A DNA stretch of 63,991 nt, counting the filler, from an uncultured bacterium (lineage in GTDB: Bacteria; Hinthialibacterota; Hinthialibacteria; Hinthialibacterales; Hinthialibacteraceae), in the NCBI GenBank assembly GCA_964449065.1. It is 7 parts of 7 records of this genome, joined end to end, with 100 filler letters (N's around TTAATTAATTAA, not from the genome) between each part and the next. Parts side by side here need not be neighbours in the genome. Positions count along the whole stretch, not along the records: positions 56,055 to 63,991 come from CAYVAZ010000244.1; 6 more parts are not named here. One strand, given 5' to 3'. A program made the position numbers and the translations under genes. The notes beneath the pieces are model-generated. The model saw nothing but the letters and a program-made list of their open reading frames with translations. It was not told the DNA's origin and made no database searches. This document shows positions 61,766 through 63,991 of the stretch, piece by piece; position 1 is the first letter of the stretch, and every line of letters starts with the position of its first letter.

Positions 61766-62484
61766 AAATCGATATCCTCACAACATTCCCGGAAATGTTC
61801 TCCGGACCGTTCGATGAAAGTATTGTAAAACGGGCACAGGATTTCGGCTTGATCGAACTGAACATCCACAATCTGCGAGACTGGACACACGATATTCATC
61901 ACAAGACCGATGATGAACAATACGGCGGCGGCGAAGGGATGGTCATGCTGGCCGAACCGATTCTGGAAGCGGCGGATGCGCTCCAAGCCAATACCGGCTG
62001 CGATACCCATGTGATTCTAACGACGCCGCAAGGAAGACTCTATCAACAGCAGGATGCGGAAGAATTCAGCCGAAAAGAACATCTTTTAATTCTGTGCGGC
62101 CATTATAAAGGGATAGACGAGCGGGTAGTCGAATACATTCAGCCCCATGAAATTTCAATTGGCGATTATGTACTAACCGGAGGAGAATTACCGGCAATGG
62201 TCATTGTTGATAGTGTCGTCAGGCTGATCCCCGGTGTGGTGGGTTCCCATTCGTCCGTAGAAGGCGACTCCTTCACCTGCGGGCTGTTGGATGCCCCCCG
62301 CTATACCAGGCCGAGAGAAGTCCGCGGCCTGAAAGTCCCGGATGTTCTTTTAGGCGGACATCACAAACAGATTGAAGAGTGGCGCCATCAACAAGCACTG
62401 GAACGCACCCAAAAACGCCGTCCCGATTTATACCGTCACTATATACAGTCGCAAGACCGTAATCCCCAAAAGGAAAGCGAATGA
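61762..62484 (+). CDS. trmD: tRNA (guanine37-N1)-methyltransferase
   Basis: DD-QYGGGEGMV, LCGHYKGIDER, SIGDYVLTGGELPA. Confidence 0.97.
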   Translation: MKIDILTTFPEMFSGPFDESIVKRAQDFGLIELNIHNLRDWTHDIHHKTDDEQYGGGEGMVMLAEPILEAADALQANTGCDTHVILTTPQGRLYQQQDAEEFSRKEHLLILCGHYKGIDERVVEYIQPHEISIGDYVLTGGELPAMVIVDSVVRLIPGVVGSHSSVEGDSFTCGLLDAPRYTRPREVRGLKVPDVLLGGHHKQIEEWRHQQALERTQKRRPDLYRHYIQSQDRNPQKESE

Positions 62485-63068
62485 ACGATCCGAAAAATCT
62501 GAAATATAAAGCCCCGTTATATGTAGCCTTACTTCACTATCCGGTCTACAAAAAAGACAAATCCGTCATCTCCACCAGCATTACCCCGCTGGATTTGCAC
62601 GATATCGCCCGTTCATGCCTAACATTCGGCGTGAAAAAATATTATGTCATTAACCCAATGAATACCATGCAATATCTTGCCAACCGCATGAAAGGCTTTT
62701 GGGAAAGTGATTACGGACGCAACTACAACAAGACCCGCACCGACGCCTTTGAAATCATGGAGTTTTTCTATCATATTGATGATAGCATTGAAGACATCGA
62801 AAAACAGGACGGCCAAAGACCCTTGTTAATCGCGACAAGCGCGAAACCGTGGCCCAATTCGGTAAACTTTGCATGGGCGAGAGATCGCTTGCAAAATCAC
62901 GACCGCCCCCTTTTGCTCTTGTTGGGCACCGGCTATGGCCTCATACACGAATTTATTAAGCGTTGCGACTACATTTTAGAGCCTATAGACGGTGCGGGAG
63001 AGTACAATCACCTTTCCGTTCGCAGCGCGGCGGCGATTATGCTCGATAGGCTTTGCAATCCCCGGTGA
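62481..63068 (+). CDS. SPOUT RNA methyltransferase (DUF2168-type, TrmD-associated)
   Basis: [41 protein letters not shown]. Confidence 0.88.
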   Translation: MNDPKNLKYKAPLYVALLHYPVYKKDKSVISTSITPLDLHDIARSCLTFGVKKYYVINPMNTMQYLANRMKGFWESDYGRNYNKTRTDAFEIMEFFYHIDDSIEDIEKQDGQRPLLIATSAKPWPNSVNFAWARDRLQNHDRPLLLLLGTGYGLIHEFIKRCDYILEPIDGAGEYNHLSVRSAAAIMLDRLCNPR

Positions 63069-63123
63069 TGTGGCTATACTTCCCTTTCTGTGCTCAGGAA
63101 ATTTCTTGCAAAGGTTGACGATC

Positions 63124-63615
63124 ATGGAACACGCAGCATTAAAACTGTTTGAAGAACAACAAATAAAAAAGAACTTGCCGCACTTTCAACCGGGCGATAC
63201 CGTGTGCGTAAATACCCGCGTTATTGAAGGCGATAAAGAGCGGATTCAGGCCTTTGAAGGTTATGTGATTGCCCGGCAAGGCAGTGGACTGGGTGAAACC
63301 TTTACCGTACGCAAAATCTCCTCCGGCATCGGTGTTGAGCGTACGTTTCCCCTTCATTCCACCAAAATTGAATCCATTACTGTAGTACGCCGTGGGCATG
63401 TGCGCCGCGCCAAGTTGTTCTATCTGCGTGATCGGGTCGGAAAGGCCACCCGCATCAAAGCCCGCAAGAAAAACTTGAAAGTAGAATACGCGCAAATGGG
63501 TATGTCGGAAGTCAAAACCAAAACCAAACAATCCCGCAAAAAGAAACGCAAAGAAGCCAAACGCGCCAAAGCCGCTGCCGACGCGGAAGCAGCCAAATCT
63601 GCACAATCCGAATAG
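63124..63615 (+). CDS. rplS: 50S ribosomal protein L19 with Lys/Ala-rich C-terminal extension
   Basis: [42 protein letters not shown]. Confidence 0.97.
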   Translation: MEHAALKLFEEQQIKKNLPHFQPGDTVCVNTRVIEGDKERIQAFEGYVIARQGSGLGETFTVRKISSGIGVERTFPLHSTKIESITVVRRGHVRRAKLFYLRDRVGKATRIKARKKNLKVEYAQMGMSEVKTKTKQSRKKKRKEAKRAKAAADAEAAKSAQSE

Positions 63616-63637
63616 TATTTCACCTTTATTGAACGCG

Positions 63638-63664
63638 AAAAGGGTGGTTTTCCCACCCTTTTTT
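63638..63664 (+). terminator. Intrinsic terminator after rplS
   Basis: AAAAGGGTGG-TTTTC-CCACCCTTTTTT. Confidence 0.85.
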
Positions 63665-63991
63665 ATTTGCTTCACTTTTCTTTCGCTATATTCATTATTA
63701 TCCCAATTCCGATTTAGGATTGTTCAGATAGGCAATCTCTAAGTCGTTCTTCCGCTGGGGGTTATCGCCGCGCTTGCCAGTCCCTATTTTTTGAAAATGG
63801 TATAATTATCAGTATAATACCAACGGAAGGCAGCATTTTCGGGAAAGCGTCATTGAACTAAGGTTGACTCGCGTCAGCCCCCACCCCACATTTCTGGCCA
63901 AAATGTAACAGGTCAGCGATATGAAGTGCATATTCAAAAAAAATCGAACAGATTTTCTCATTCCTCCCCCAATGCAATGGGGGAGGCTAGG

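Overview
Bacterial draft-genome (likely MAG) window made of seven unrelated contigs joined by artificial 100-nt linkers (N44-TTAATTAATTAA-N44 at 9396, 18778, 28146, 37510, 46783, 55955). The five internal contigs decrease in length (9282, 9268, 9264, 9173, 9072 bp), so neighbourhood across linkers is meaningless. The '[28 protein letters not shown]' pilins and secreted proteins ending in W-x-[LI]-[YF] suggest a Hinthialibacter/Sumerlaeota-like lineage (inference only). Housekeeping genes include thrC, engB, ahcY fragments, rimM-trmD-SPOUT-rplS, a SirC-like enzyme and three microcompartment vertex genes. Most notable: (1) a contig with three catalytically intact caspase-family (C14) proteases, at least two apparently exported, sharing a recurrent SRG[RK]F-x-VEP-like motif, clustered with DUF4384 and FlgT/CsgG-like envelope proteins; (2) an AT-rich YwgA-like + SAMHD1-like HD cassette between two copies of the ahcY 3' end, a candidate defence module; (3) an ORF-less group II intron (IIC-like) directly after an intrinsic terminator; (4) nested REP/MITE families. 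All family calls come from motif recognition, not database searches.
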